The notes beneath the pieces were generated by a model. The model did not search any database. It saw nothing but the letters and a program-made list of their open reading frames with translations, and was not told the origin of the DNA. 64,000 nucleotides of DNA from an uncultured delta proteobacterium (GTDB lineage: Bacteria; Desulfobacterota; Binatia; Bin18): positions 128,001 to 192,000 of the forward strand of contig CAVTCR010000073.1 of assembly GCA_963733195.1 (NCBI GenBank). Reading direction: 5' to 3'. Shown here in pieces: positions 9,854-20,730 of this stretch (its first letter is position 1; every line of letters starts with the position of its first letter). The translations under genes and the position numbers were made by a program.

Positions 9854-10894
9854 ATGAAACTTGCCGAGATTGCCCAGCGACTTGGGTGTGAGCTGCGAGG
9901 AGACGGAGATGTCGAGATCGCTGGGATGAATAGCATCGATGAAGCGCAACCACATGAGATGACCTTTGTCGCGAACAAAAAATATCTGGCTAAACTGGCG
10001 ACGACCAAAGCCGCCGCTGTCATTCTTGCTCCTACTGACCCAGACACAGCTCTCCCGTCCCTGCGAACGCCGGACCCCTATCTCGCTTTTGCCAGAGTAC
10101 TTGAATGGTTTTATCCGCCCTATGTTCCTCCAGTTGGGATACATCAAACTGCGGTGATTGCACCGACTGCACGCATTGGTGTATCCGCTTTTGTCGGGCC
10201 ATACGTGGTTATTGGTGAGAACGTTATGATTGGCGATCATGCGCGGATTTTTGCTCATGTTGTGATTTATCCAGACGTCCAGATTGGCCATTCGTTTACC
10301 GCACATGCTGGGGTAGTGGTTCGTGAGGGAACGAAAATCGGAGACCGTGTGGTCTTGCAAGGCGGAGTAGTGATTGGTGGTGATGGGTTTGGTTATGTAC
10401 CGCTTCCGGACGGATCAGCCTATAAAATCCCGCAAACCGGGACCGTTACGCTCGCAGATGACGTTGAGATCGGTGCGAATACCACGATTGATCGTGCGGC
10501 GATGGGAACCACTATGATTCGTCGCGGTGCAAAGCTCGACAACCTCGTCATGATTGGTCATGGCTGTGATGTCGGAGAGGGAGCGCTTCTTGCTGCGCAA
10601 GTGGGACTCTCGGGGAGTACCAAACTAGAAGCTGGGGTACGTATGGGTGGGCAAGTCGGGGCTGCGGGCCATCTGACCGTGGGAAAAAATACGATGGTTG
10701 CAGCGCAAAGCGGTATTCCCCACGATGTACCGGCGAACTCAGTAGTCGGTGGATACCCTGCGGTTGATATTATGTTGTGGCGGCGCTATTCGGCAGCATT
10801 GCCGAAGTTGCCCGAGCTCATGCGCAGGATACGTCGACTTGAACAAGCGCTGCAAGGGAATGAAGAATTAAAAATAAAGAGTGAAAACCAATAA
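9854..10894 (+). CDS. lpxD: UDP-3-O-acyl-glucosamine N-acyltransferase
   Basis: Hexapeptide repeats, IGGDGFGY, VEIGANTTIDR, KLDNLVMIGH. Confidence 0.95.
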   Translation: MKLAEIAQRLGCELRGDGDVEIAGMNSIDEAQPHEMTFVANKKYLAKLATTKAAAVILAPTDPDTALPSLRTPDPYLAFARVLEWFYPPYVPPVGIHQTAVIAPTARIGVSAFVGPYVVIGENVMIGDHARIFAHVVIYPDVQIGHSFTAHAGVVVREGTKIGDRVVLQGGVVIGGDGFGYVPLPDGSAYKIPQTGTVTLADDVEIGANTTIDRAAMGTTMIRRGAKLDNLVMIGHGCDVGEGALLAAQVGLSGSTKLEAGVRMGGQVGAAGHLTVGKNTMVAAQSGIPHDVPANSVVGGYPAVDIMLWRRYSAALPKLPELMRRIRRLEQALQGNEELKIKSENQ

Positions 10895-10966
10895 AAGACT
10901 CAGGAAAAATACGCAGCAATCCATATCCTACGATTACTCTGCATTCCCCATTTTCCATTCTTCATT

Positions 10967-11608
10967 TTGTTGGTGATGCTTGTGGCCCGCACAAAGAATC
11001 CATCTCCTCTACCCAACCGTAAAGAATCACAGGAGGATTGGATTCTGGATGACCAGGCCCTGGTGGCGGCGGTTGCACGTCAGGAACAGGAGGCCATCGA
11101 GCGTCTGTATGACCGATATCACATTATGGTGTACCACCTCGCCCGCAAAATCCTGAATGCTCCAGACCGTGCTGAGGAGGTCGTCTACGACGTATTTTGG
11201 CAAGTCTGGCGCGAGGCTGGACGTTACGATGGACAGCGCGGTAGCGTTGGTGCGTGGTTAACCACGCTCGCGCGTAGTCGAGCGATTGACGCGCTACGAG
11301 TACGAAAAGTTCAACCCTCGACAATAAACGACACAGAACTTGCGGAACGTTCCCTGCTCACTGACCCGACACCGAACCCAGAGGAACACACGGGCCTCGA
11401 GCAGCGAGCTGCCCTTGTGCGGATGGCAATAGAAACGCTACCGACTGAGCAGCGAGCCGCCCTGGAATTAGCCTTTTTCCGCGGATTGTCACACAGTGAA
11501 ATCGCCGAACATCTAGACGAACCCGTTGGGACGGTCAAAACACGTATTCGCACAGCTATGCTACGGCTGCGAGACCGCTTACGTCCACTTCTTGGTGGTA
11601 CCTCATGA
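10967..11608 (+). CDS. ECF RNA polymerase sigma factor (SigK-like)
   Basis: AEEVVYDVFWQVW, WLTTLARSRAID, LAFFRGLSHSEIA, PVGTVKTRIR; overlaps the anti-sigma gene (ATGA). Confidence 0.9.
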   Translation: MLVMLVARTKNPSPLPNRKESQEDWILDDQALVAAVARQEQEAIERLYDRYHIMVYHLARKILNAPDRAEEVVYDVFWQVWREAGRYDGQRGSVGAWLTTLARSRAIDALRVRKVQPSTINDTELAERSLLTDPTPNPEEHTGLEQRAALVRMAIETLPTEQRAALELAFFRGLSHSEIAEHLDEPVGTVKTRIRTAMLRLRDRLRPLLGGTS

Positions 11609-12849
11609 CGCATCAAGAGTTGAAAGACCTTCTGCCGCTCTACGTTGTGGGCGGGCTCGATTCGGAGTCCATCGCTGAGGTCGAATATCACCTTGACACT
11701 AACTGTGACTCATGTCCAGACGAGCTTCGCGAATGGCGAGAAGTCGCGGGTTTGATTCCTTTAGGAGCAACCCCAGAGGGCCCGAGCGCAGGAGTAAAAG
11801 AGCGACTATTGCAGCGTGTCAGACAAGAGAACGGTACCGCCAAGGTCATTCCCTTGCGACCACGGCGATGGCAGGCCTCGTGGATTACGTTGCCGTTGGC
11901 CGCTGCCGCTGCAATACTCTTAGTGATTGGCGGGCTGCGGTATCGTGGTCTGACGACGCTGGTTGCAACCCAAATGCAACGCATTGAAGAACTTACTGTT
12001 CGTACGGCAGAACAGGCGGCGCAGGCGGAAACAATTGGGTCACTGCTCAAACAAGAACAAGCGAAACTCGCGAGTCGCGATACGGAAATCCAACGGCTCA
12101 CAGCCTCGCTTGCTGAATACCATTCCGCCAGCACAGGGAAATCGCAGCAAGTGATTACACTCGAAGCTGCGCTCGCGGAACAACAACAGCGGGTTGCTGC
12201 ACGTGAGCAGGAGTTAGCTCGAGTGAAAGAGCAAGCTGTGGCGACGGAACGCGAACTTGCGCAGACGCGACGAACCAGCAAGGAGCGCCTGGAATACGCA
12301 ACTGCGGCTACCGCTGCTCAACGTGAGATCCAACGTCTGAGGGTGGAACTTGCGCAGGCGCAAGAAGATGTCGCGACCAGCGAACGCGAAGTGCGAGATA
12401 TGCGGGGCCAGATAGAACAACAGCGGACTTTGGTAGCAGTGAGTACACGCGAGCTTGACCACTTACGTGAGGCTGTTGCACGTCAACGCGGCGTGATCGA
12501 AGTACTGACTTCACCTGGAGTGCGGGTTGAGTATCTGCGTCACGCGATGCCTGGTCTTGAGACTGAAGGACATGTACTCTGGAATGAGCGGAAGAAAGCG
12601 TGGGTGTTCTACGCTTTTCGTATGCCACAGCCAGAACAGGGCAAAGAATATCAAGTTTGGTTTATGACTGAAAAAGAAGGCCCAGTCAGTGCGGGAGTAT
12701 TCATGCCTGATCAGTCAGGGACTGGGCAGGTTCTTGCTGCTCCACCATCAAAGTTATTCGGCAAGATTACTGCGGTCGCAGTAACGTTGGAGCCGAAGGG
12801 TGGTCTGCCTAAACCGTCGGGGGCGATGTACCTTCGTGGATCGCTCTAG
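11605..12849 (+). CDS. RskA-type anti-sigma factor with a long coiled-coil insert
   Basis: N-terminal HLDTNCDSC zinc motif, one TM helix, C-terminal YQVWF...PVSAG...AVTLEPKGGLPKPSG RskA domain. Confidence 0.85.
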   Translation: MTHQELKDLLPLYVVGGLDSESIAEVEYHLDTNCDSCPDELREWREVAGLIPLGATPEGPSAGVKERLLQRVRQENGTAKVIPLRPRRWQASWITLPLAAAAAILLVIGGLRYRGLTTLVATQMQRIEELTVRTAEQAAQAETIGSLLKQEQAKLASRDTEIQRLTASLAEYHSASTGKSQQVITLEAALAEQQQRVAAREQELARVKEQAVATERELAQTRRTSKERLEYATAATAAQREIQRLRVELAQAQEDVATSEREVRDMRGQIEQQRTLVAVSTRELDHLREAVARQRGVIEVLTSPGVRVEYLRHAMPGLETEGHVLWNERKKAWVFYAFRMPQPEQGKEYQVWFMTEKEGPVSAGVFMPDQSGTGQVLAAPPSKLFGKITAVAVTLEPKGGLPKPSGAMYLRGSL

Positions 12850-13178
12850 CAACACGGCGGAAGTTTGGGGTCTAGCACGGCTCGTAAGCGGCTCGGGTCG
12901 AGGTTAAGTCCAAGACAGATGTTCTCGAAGGAAAAAAGCCAGGTGTGATCGTGGCCTCGTATCCAACGTAAGGCGTCATGGTAGGTCGAACGGCTGCGGG
13001 CTCCATATGCATAGCGATAGCGTTCGATACACTCGACTGCATCTTTCAGTACTGCCAGCATCAACCGTTCCTCGCCACGGTCATAATAGAGTTCCTCAAG
13101 GGTGGACAGTAGGGAGGGGGCAGGAGCGCGATTAGAGACACGATAAGCCTCATGCAGATTCCGTGCGTGTATATTCAT
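12846..13178 (-). CDS. Conserved hypothetical protein (paralog of 26465-26902)
   Basis: RBS AGGAGG; GEERLMLAVLKDAV...WLFSFENICLGLNLDP motif shared with the second copy. Confidence 0.7.
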   Translation of the reverse strand: MNIHARNLHEAYRVSNRAPAPSLLSTLEELYYDRGEERLMLAVLKDAVECIERYRYAYGARSRSTYHDALRWIRGHDHTWLFSFENICLGLNLDPSRLRAVLDPKLPPCC

Positions 13179-13347
13179 TCGTCAGCCTCCTTGTACCTCC
13201 TTTTACGACTGAGAAGCTGGGTTGGATGCAGAGGCGAGCCCTTGCCGAATGCTGAATTCTTTGTCACGGAAGCACAACAAGGGTATAAAGAAACTGGTCG
13301 CACTTGCAAAAGCAACGACAATACAGGCAAAATAAAGTTTCTCCCAG

Positions 13348-13375
13348 TAAATCCAAATCTGGTTCATTATCGTAG
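13348..13375 (+). promoter_or_regulatory. Candidate SigK-type ECF promoter
   Basis: TAAATCC-N16-CGTAG about 100 nt upstream of the DUF4331 gene. Confidence 0.4.
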
Positions 13376-13475
13376 ATTCACGGAGGGGAGTGTCTTTCGG
13401 GGGTAGGGCAACAACTCAAAAAGAGAGAGCTTCGTATAGAAAAGGAGTCTCTTTTTAGGCAAAGGAGGTAGGCAT

Positions 13476-14676
13476 ATGAGGAAACTATTCTTTGGGGGTT
13501 CGTTCAGAGCAATCGGTATTCTGACACTGGCATTGGGGTTCTGTTTGACCGCCGTTCCACGCGTGAATGCGGCTGACCACGGAGACGCGCCCATTGCTGG
13601 GAACAATCAGTCTACAGATATAGCGGACGTATTCGCATTTCTTGATCCGAACGATAACTCCAGGCTCGTTCTGGCCCTGACTCAGCGTGGGTTCATTGCG
13701 GCAGGTGAGAATGCCAACTTCGGCATCTTCGACCAGTTTCTGCAATATCGATTTTTATTGGAGACCACCGGTGACGCGGAGCCAGACCAGTTCATCAACA
13801 TTACCTTTACCGCACCGGCAGGTTCGGGTGGACCGCAGACGGCGACTATCAAATTGTCCGGCGACCGGAGCTTTAGCGCTCCTACCACCCAATCCTCAAC
13901 TGCCCCCGCCGCACCAACGCAAGTGGTGACAACCGACTCGGCGACTGGCATCTCGTTCTTTGCCGGTTTAGTTGACGATCCGTTCTTCTTTGATATCCCA
14001 GCCTTCGGTCGCTTCGTGGCCTCGGTGCGCGCTGGGGCACCTGATGCCACCCAGTTGCAGCGCGGACGAGACAGCTTTCGCTGGGTACAACATTATGGGG
14101 ATCGCACTCAGTATTCCCTTGTCGTTCCTGCAAAGTCCCAGCTCCATTGGCGTAAGCGCGGCCATCCGGCGCAACGAGGAGACGCGCGTTCGCAACGACG
14201 AGTTCGACACCTCGGGGAAATTCCGCCAGGTTGAGCGCATGGGTAATCCCGCCGTCAACGTCGCACTTATTCCCTTTGCTCGCAAGGATGAGCACAACTT
14301 TGCGACTCCGGAAGACGATGCGGACGGGCAGTTCGCTAACGACATCGTGGCGACACTGACCGCGCTGGGCACCAATGCAACCAACATCGGTATCCTTGCC
14401 AGTGTGGCTGTGACCAACGGCGATTATCTGCGACTCAACACCCAAACTGCCAATGTGGGGCCGATGGGTGGCAACAATGCTGGAGCGGGATTTCCCAACG
14501 GACGGCGACTTGCCGATGATACCATTGATACGATCCTCTTCTTCGTCGCCAACCAGAATACCTTGGGGGACAATGTGAATGCGAGCGACGTTCCCCCTGG
14601 CAACACCTTTCCCTTCCTTGCGCTCTCGCAGCAACCGCGCGATCCTGGCGTAATTGACGACAACACGCGTAATTGA
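13476..14676 (+). CDS. Secreted DUF4331-family protein (frameshift near 14080)
   Basis: Signal peptide then AADHGDAP, DIADVFAF, FAGLVDDPFFFD, QVERMGNPAVN, GFPNGRRLADDTID, FPFLA. Confidence 0.85.
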
Positions 14677-14713
14677 TCGTTGGAAGAGACTGTTCAGAAA
14701 GGGGTAGAACAGT

Positions 14714-14789
14714 GTCATTGCGAGCTGCAGACGAAGCAATCTTTGTTTGAAAAGAGATTGCTTCATCGCTGGTGGCTCCTCGCAATGAC
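14714..14789. repeat. REP-like palindromic element
   Basis: GTCATTGCGAG...GAAGCAATCT / AGATTGCTTC...CTCGCAATGAC nested inverted repeats. Confidence 0.75.
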
Positions 14790-14850
14790 TCATCTCTTTG
14801 GCTTTTCGGATAGTCTCTAACTATCTCGGTCGTCCGTAGGTTCCGGAAGA

Positions 14851-16168
14851 ATGATCGCTCTCAGCTTTGTCTCTGTCTTCATGATTGCGTTCATATGGAC
14901 TGGCTACAATGAGGAAACAGCAACGGCGGACCAATCATTTTCGCTCCCTCCTGCTACACCACTGGCATCGGACACGGATCAGGTAATCGCCACGATCCGG
15001 TCTCTTGAAGAGAAGGTCAAGAAAAACCCTGACGACTTCATTGCCTACACCAAGTTGGCAGGGTATTACCTCCAGCGGCAGCGCGAGACCGGCAGTAATG
15101 AATATCTCACGCTAGCTGGGCGTGCCGCCCGGGCCTCGCTTGCCGTTTTACCACCGGAACAAAACTACAGTGGTCTTGCCGTGCTCGCACAAACCGAATA
15201 CGCGCTACACAATTTCGCCATTGCACGTGACCACGCTATGCGGTTGACTGAGCTGAGCCCGGTCAAAAGCATCGGATTTGAGATTCTCAGCGACGCGCTC
15301 CTCGAACTTGGTGAATACGACAGTGCCCGACGTGCGCTCAATCGAATGCAGGGTCTCAAAGAAAAAACTACCCGTACGCAGACTCGTCTCGGCAAATACG
15401 CGCTGTTGCGTGGCCACCCTCGGGATGCTGCACAGTATCTTTCAGAGGCTCTGGTGCTGGCGCTCGAACAGTCTCCCCCTCAGAGCGAGACCGTAGCCTG
15501 GTGCCGCTGGCAATTAGGTGAGATCGCGTTCTCGGTCGGTGATTACCAAACTGCTGAGCACCACTACCGTGAGGCATTGATTACCTTTCCTAATTTCTTT
15601 CGTGCGCGCGCAGCGCTGGCCCGTGTTTTGGCTGCTCGTAGGGATCTCTCAGGGGCGATCGCGTTGTACGAACCAGTTGTACAGTCCCTTCCAGATCTCA
15701 GCTTTGTTGCAGCTCTTGGGGACTTGTATCACCTTGTCGGGACGAGAGCAGGATGCTACGGCGCAATATGCACTGGTTGAACGGATCGCCCAACTCGAGA
15801 CGGTTAACGGCTCTCTGTATAATCGCCAACTCGCGCTCTTTTACGCTGACCATGACCATAAGCCCGAAGAAGCCTACACCAACGCAGTGAAGGAATACGC
15901 CGTACGACGAGATATTTATGGAGCAGATGCGGTAGCGTGGACAGCGCTCAAAGCCAACAAAATTGCTGAAGCGAAAAGTGCTATCAAAGAAGCACTGCGG
16001 CTCGGCACTCAGGATGCACGAATCTTGTATCATGCTGGGATGATTGCTGCCGCGGCAGGAGAGCGTGTACGCGCTCGTGAATATCTGACTCAGGCATTGA
16101 CCCTCAGCCCTGGGTTCGATCCGCTACAAGCGTCGATTGCGAGGAAAGCTTTAGCACTGCAGAAATGA
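14851..16168 (+). CDS. Membrane-anchored TPR protein (frameshift near 15740)
   Basis: N-terminal hydrophobic helix, tandem TPRs; C-terminus RRDIYGADAVAW...ALRLGTQDARILYHAGMI. Confidence 0.8.
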
Positions 16169-16211
16169 CATAGCAGGGACAAGAGCGGAGTCGTACTGTC
16201 CTTGGCCCGTA

Positions 16212-16362
16212 GACTAAATCAGACCGCAAGAGATTGGCACCCCGGTCATGTTACCCTGAACAAAGTGAAGGATGTCTCAGAGAGAGTTTTCGCTCGCTCA
16301 GAATGACAACAGTGAGCAGGCTCGTTGGAAAGCATAGGAATCTGATATGGTTCGATTGAGAA
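16212..16362 (+). mobile_element. MITE-like repeat (~150 bp)
   Basis: Homologous to 61884-62035; ends CTAAATCAGACC / TGGTTCGATTGAG are imperfect inverted repeats. Confidence 0.65.
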
Positions 16363-16507
16363 AATCTGATTACAGCAGCCTGCACGTATAGATCAGTAGA
16401 ACTTGTGTAGTGGTGGCCTTGAAAGCAAAGACCGGGTGAACTGTAAAAGGTGAAGGCTCCTAATGTTGTCACAGTCCTTGGCCCCAATACAATTGGGAGA
16501 GCAGAAA

Positions 16508-18060
16508 ATGAGCGCGAACAGACCACTTCCCTCATCGCCACTCGCGGTTCTTGTTTTTGTCGTGTTGCTCTTACTGCCGGGGCACTGCCTTGCCCACCCA
16601 ATGGGGAATTTCAGTATTAATCATTTCTCCGCTATCGCTGTTTATCCGACGTTCGTTCGTGTGTCGTATGTCATTGACATGGCAGAGATTCCTACGTTCC
16701 AGGAGATACAAGACTCTGGGCTAGTTGCTCAACCAGATGACCCTTCAGCGACTCTGTATCGAGACCGCAAAGTAGAGGAGTGGCGACAAGGTCTTGTGTT
16801 GCGTGTCAGCGAGCAAACTCTGACTTTGTCTCCTCGTTCAAGTGAGCTGACTTTTCCCGCAGGTGCTGGGGGATTGCCGACCTTACGGCTTGCGGTCGTA
16901 TATGAAGCACCCCTGCAATTCGAGAGTGGAACACTCGTGTATGAGGACCGCAATTATCCACAACGAGTCGGATGGAAGGAGGTCGTGGCACGTTCATACG
17001 ATGGAGCGAAACTCACTCGCAGTTCAGTTCCTGGGGAAAGTAAGAGCCAGCAACTGACCAATTATGCGTCCGATCTCTTGCAAGCGCCACCACAAGATTT
17101 GCAGGCAGAGCTGATGTTTTCTATCCCAACGACTGCACATGCTCAAGCTTCGAGTACCCCGTCGGCGACAGAGATAGGTTCCGCAAACGTTCGAGAATCG
17201 CCAACTCCGCGGAGTTGGCTGACCGAACTCATTACCGTGCGACAACTCACGCCCGGTCTTATTGTCCTATCACTGTTAGTGGCAATGGGATTCGGAGCTT
17301 TGCATGCCCTTGAACCTGGACATGGCAAAACGCTTGTTGCTGCATATCTGGTGGGAGAACGTGGGACAGCCTGGCATGCGCTATTGCTTGGTCTCACAGT
17401 GACAGCAAGCCATACCATCGGAGTGTTTGCACTCGGTGCAGTGGCACTTTTTGCTTCACATTACATCGTCCCTGAGCAACTGTATCCCTGGCTTAACCTC
17501 GTTTCTGGGCTCCTCATCGCGGGTATGGGAGGGATACTGCTTCGTCAAGCCTGTCTGCGCTCCGTCGGCTATGCGCCCTCGCACCATCATCATTCTCACG
17601 ATTCCGACCATCATCATGCCCATGATCATCACGATCACACGATCACCATCATCACGATCATACCCATACGCATAAGGATGCGTCCCGCCACCATCACGAT
17701 GCTCACGATCCTAGCGCAAGCAATCACGTGTCGTATGGCACCCTACTCACGTTAGGCATTACGGGAGGCATGATTCCGTGTCCTGGGGCGTTGGTTGTGT
17801 TACTCAGTGCGGTGGCGTTGCAACGTATTGCCTTTGGCCTGCTCTTGATCGTAGCCTTCAGTGTTGGCTTGGCTGCCGTCCTCGTTAGCGTTGGTTTACT
17901 TCTCGTCTCTGCGCGTGGTTCACTCCAACGATGGAGTGGAGGAGGGGTATGGGTGACGTACCTCCCATTCTTATCTCCTCTGGTAATGACCCCAGTAGGC
18001 GTGCTGCTCGTTCTTCGTGCGCTCTCTGATACTGGTCTCCTGCCGCAATTCCTTTTCTAA
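16508..18060 (+). CDS. NicO/RcnA-like Ni/Co transporter with N-terminal extracytoplasmic domain and His-rich loop (frameshift in the His tract)
   Basis: AHPMGNFSINH, GALHALEPGHGKTLVAAYLVG, His/Asp tract, GITGGMIPCPGALVVLL. Confidence 0.85.
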
Positions 18061-18173
18061 CAGAAAGTCTCACGTCTCTTCAATCGAATAAAAACCCCTG
18101 CTTACTCACAGGGATATCATCTCATCAACAGTAAAGGTTTTTCAATCGAGACCGATCTTGCTGTCAGGGTGCA

Positions 18174-18188
18174 TGGTACGCCATTTGC
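18174..18188 (+). promoter_or_regulatory. Sigma54 (-24/-12) promoter candidate
   Basis: TGGTAC-GCCAT-TTGC, 80 nt upstream of the histidine kinase. Confidence 0.6.
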
Positions 18189-18267
18189 CACCAATAGGCG
18201 CACGCAATAATTCCTCGAGCGTGCAAACCATTGGAACTATGTCGTGGCCCCTGGAGAGGAGTTGTTT

Positions 18268-20226
18268 ATGTCTCGCTTTTCCCTAGCGAGCTTACGTTTT
18301 CGGTTGCTCTTACTCGTATTATTTGCTGTTATCCCGGCATTTCTGTTGACGGTGTTCACGAACTGGAACGAACGCCGACTCGCCGCATCAGAGGTTCGTG
18401 AAGAGGCGCTACGCCTCGCTCGACTGGCAGCAGCAGACCAAGAACAGTTAGTAGAGGGTGTACGTCAACTGCTGTTGACATTGGCTCGCATTCCCGAAGT
18501 TCAAGGTGGCGATGCTGCCCACTGCCGGGCTCTCTTGGCTGATCTTCTCAGACAACATCGCCGCTATACCAACCTTGGGGTGATTCAAGCCAATGGGGAT
18601 GTGGTTTGTAGCGGTTCTCCTGTTGCGAAAGGGGATCTCAACACTGAGCAATCGCTCGTGGCGGCTGCTCGACAAACGATCGAAACCGGGGAGTTTATCG
18701 TCGGAGATTACCAAGCCGGGCGTACAACACGCGGTGAAGCCGTTGTTTCTTTCACTTATCCAGTGTTCAACGCCACTGGCGAGAGACATGCAGCAGTGTT
18801 CGCCACCCTCGATTTGACTTGGCTCAATCAATTTGCCGCGGAAATCGATTTACCGCAAGATTCCACACTGACAGTGATTGATCGTAAGGGGATTGTCTTG
18901 GCCCGCCATCCGGAGAGAGGAAAATGGGTTGGGCAAGTGGCCCCAGAAGCGGCGCTGATCCAGGGGTTAGCAGGAAACCTGGATGAAGATACTGCCCAGG
19001 TTGTTGGTGATGATAACGTCTCCCGACTCTATGCCTTTACTGTATTGCGTGCCGCTGGTGGTGCCGCTTATGTCAGCGTGGGCATTCCTACGGAAGTTGC
19101 TTTTGCTGCCTCTAATCGTGTGTTACGCGTCACCATGGCTGGGTTAGCACTGGCTGCGGCGTTCGTTCTGGCCTTAGCTTGGTTTGGTGCAGATCTTTTG
19201 ATTCTTCGTCGGGTGAACCTCGTACTAGGTGCTACGGAGCGCTTGAGTCATGGCGACCTGAGTGTCCGTACTGGACTTCCACATGGTCCTGGCGAGCTTA
19301 ACCTCTTAGGTTACGGTTTTGACCAAATGGCCGAAACTCTTCAGTTACGAGAAAAAGAGCGGACTGCTGCTGAGGAAGAAATCCGTACTCTCAATAGCGA
19401 TCTCGAACTACGAGTGACGGAACGAACAACACAGCTAGAGTCAGCTAACAAGGAGTTAGAAGCGTTTTCGTACTCGGTATCGCACGACTTACGAGCGCCT
19501 CTACGTGGGATGGCTGGATTCGCACGCATCCTGATGGAAGATTACGCCGAACAACTTCCCGAAGATGCAGTACGCTCGCTGAAACGGATTCAGGATAACG
19601 CCCAAAAGATGGGAACATTGATTGATGATCTACTCGCTTTTTCTCGCCTTAGCCGTCAGGCTTTGAGCAAACAACCCATCAATCCTGGTGGCCTTGCACG
19701 CCAGATTTTCGAAGAACTGCGTGGAGACCAAGATGGTCGGAAGCTTGATATTGTCATTGAAGAGATGCCGCAATTCCAAGGTGACCCCGCGTTGTTTAAG
19801 CAGGTATATGTGAACTTGCTTGCCAATGCGCTGAAATTTACTCGCAAGCGTGAGCCTGGGCGTATCGCAATCGGCTGTCAGAACATTGATGGAGAAGACG
19901 TGTATTTCGTCAAAGATAACGGAGTCGGCTTCGATATGCGCTATGCCAATAAGCTCTTTGGCGTGTTTCAACGACTTCATGATGCAAAGGAGTATGAAGG
20001 TACCGGTGTTGGCCTTGCCATCGTCCAACGCGTTATCACACGACATGGTGGACGTTTGTGGGCCGACGCAGAGATTGAGAAAGGTGCTTCGTTTTACTTT
20101 ACAGTTGGAGATGCACAGCAGGTTGAGCAGGACGATACGACAGGACAGAATAGCGTGGTGGTGAACGGGGTGGTACCGAATGGACAGTCGAACGGCCTTG
20201 ATGCCCAACAGAGTAGTCACTCGTAG
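18268..20226 (+). CDS. Sensor histidine kinase (Cache-HAMP-HisKA-HATPase)
   Basis: Two TM helices, HAMP, FSYSVSHDLRAPLR H-box, NLLANALKF, DNGVGF, GTGVGLAIV. Confidence 0.92.
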   Translation: MSRFSLASLRFRLLLLVLFAVIPAFLLTVFTNWNERRLAASEVREEALRLARLAAADQEQLVEGVRQLLLTLARIPEVQGGDAAHCRALLADLLRQHRRYTNLGVIQANGDVVCSGSPVAKGDLNTEQSLVAAARQTIETGEFIVGDYQAGRTTRGEAVVSFTYPVFNATGERHAAVFATLDLTWLNQFAAEIDLPQDSTLTVIDRKGIVLARHPERGKWVGQVAPEAALIQGLAGNLDEDTAQVVGDDNVSRLYAFTVLRAAGGAAYVSVGIPTEVAFAASNRVLRVTMAGLALAAAFVLALAWFGADLLILRRVNLVLGATERLSHGDLSVRTGLPHGPGELNLLGYGFDQMAETLQLREKERTAAEEEIRTLNSDLELRVTERTTQLESANKELEAFSYSVSHDLRAPLRGMAGFARILMEDYAEQLPEDAVRSLKRIQDNAQKMGTLIDDLLAFSRLSRQALSKQPINPGGLARQIFEELRGDQDGRKLDIVIEEMPQFQGDPALFKQVYVNLLANALKFTRKREPGRIAIGCQNIDGEDVYFVKDNGVGFDMRYANKLFGVFQRLHDAKEYEGTGVGLAIVQRVITRHGGRLWADAEIEKGASFYFTVGDAQQVEQDDTTGQNSVVVNGVVPNGQSNGLDAQQSSHS

Positions 20227-20268
20227 TGTGAGATTCTGACTTTGTTTGAGATGAGGAGGATACATAGC

Positions 20269-20730
20269 ATGGCTGCACAAGGGGAAATTGCAATCCTATT
20301 GGTAGAAGATAACCCAGATGATGCGGACCTAGCGCTTCGCGCGCTCAAGAAAGTGAAAGTGGATAACGGTACCCTGCCCATTACGATTGAACATGTGATC
20401 GACGGGGCACAAGCAATCGACTTTCTTTTCTGTACTGGGGACTATACGACCCGGAATCGGCAGAACCGCCCTAAAGTAATTTTGCTTGATCTGAAGTTGC
20501 CAAAAGTTGATGGACTTGAAGTGCTCCAACGTATTAAGAAGGAAAGTGATACACGGACGATCCCTGTGGTGATGCTGACCTCATCACGTGAGGAACGTGA
20601 CCTCGTCGAGAGCTATCAGTTGGGAGTGAATAGTTATATCGTCAAGCCGGTGGATTTTGAGCAATTCACTGAGGCGGTCAAACAGCTTGGCTCATACTGG
20701 TTACGACTCAATCAGCAGTCGGGACACTAA
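20269..20730 (+). CDS. Single-domain response regulator (Rcp1-like)
   Basis: [38 protein letters not shown]. Confidence 0.92.
   Translation: MAAQGEIAILLVEDNPDDADLALRALKKVKVDNGTLPITIEHVIDGAQAIDFLFCTGDYTTRNRQNRPKVILLDLKLPKVDGLEVLQRIKKESDTRTIPVVMLTSSREERDLVESYQLGVNSYIVKPVDFEQFTEAVKQLGSYWLRLNQQSGH

Noticed and set aside
9454-10360. Long N-terminal extensions of hisG and of the 281-aa ORF
   Set aside because: They overlap the lipoprotein gene and antisense lpxD; better starts are at 9453 and 9748
13295-13309. Sigma54-like TGGTCGCACTTGC
   Set aside because: GG-to-GC spacing is 8 nt, not the required 10
17580-17730. Phase variation in the His-codon tract of the Ni/Co transporter
   Set aside because: The repeat units are multiples of 3 and the background indel rate is high, so an error is more likely
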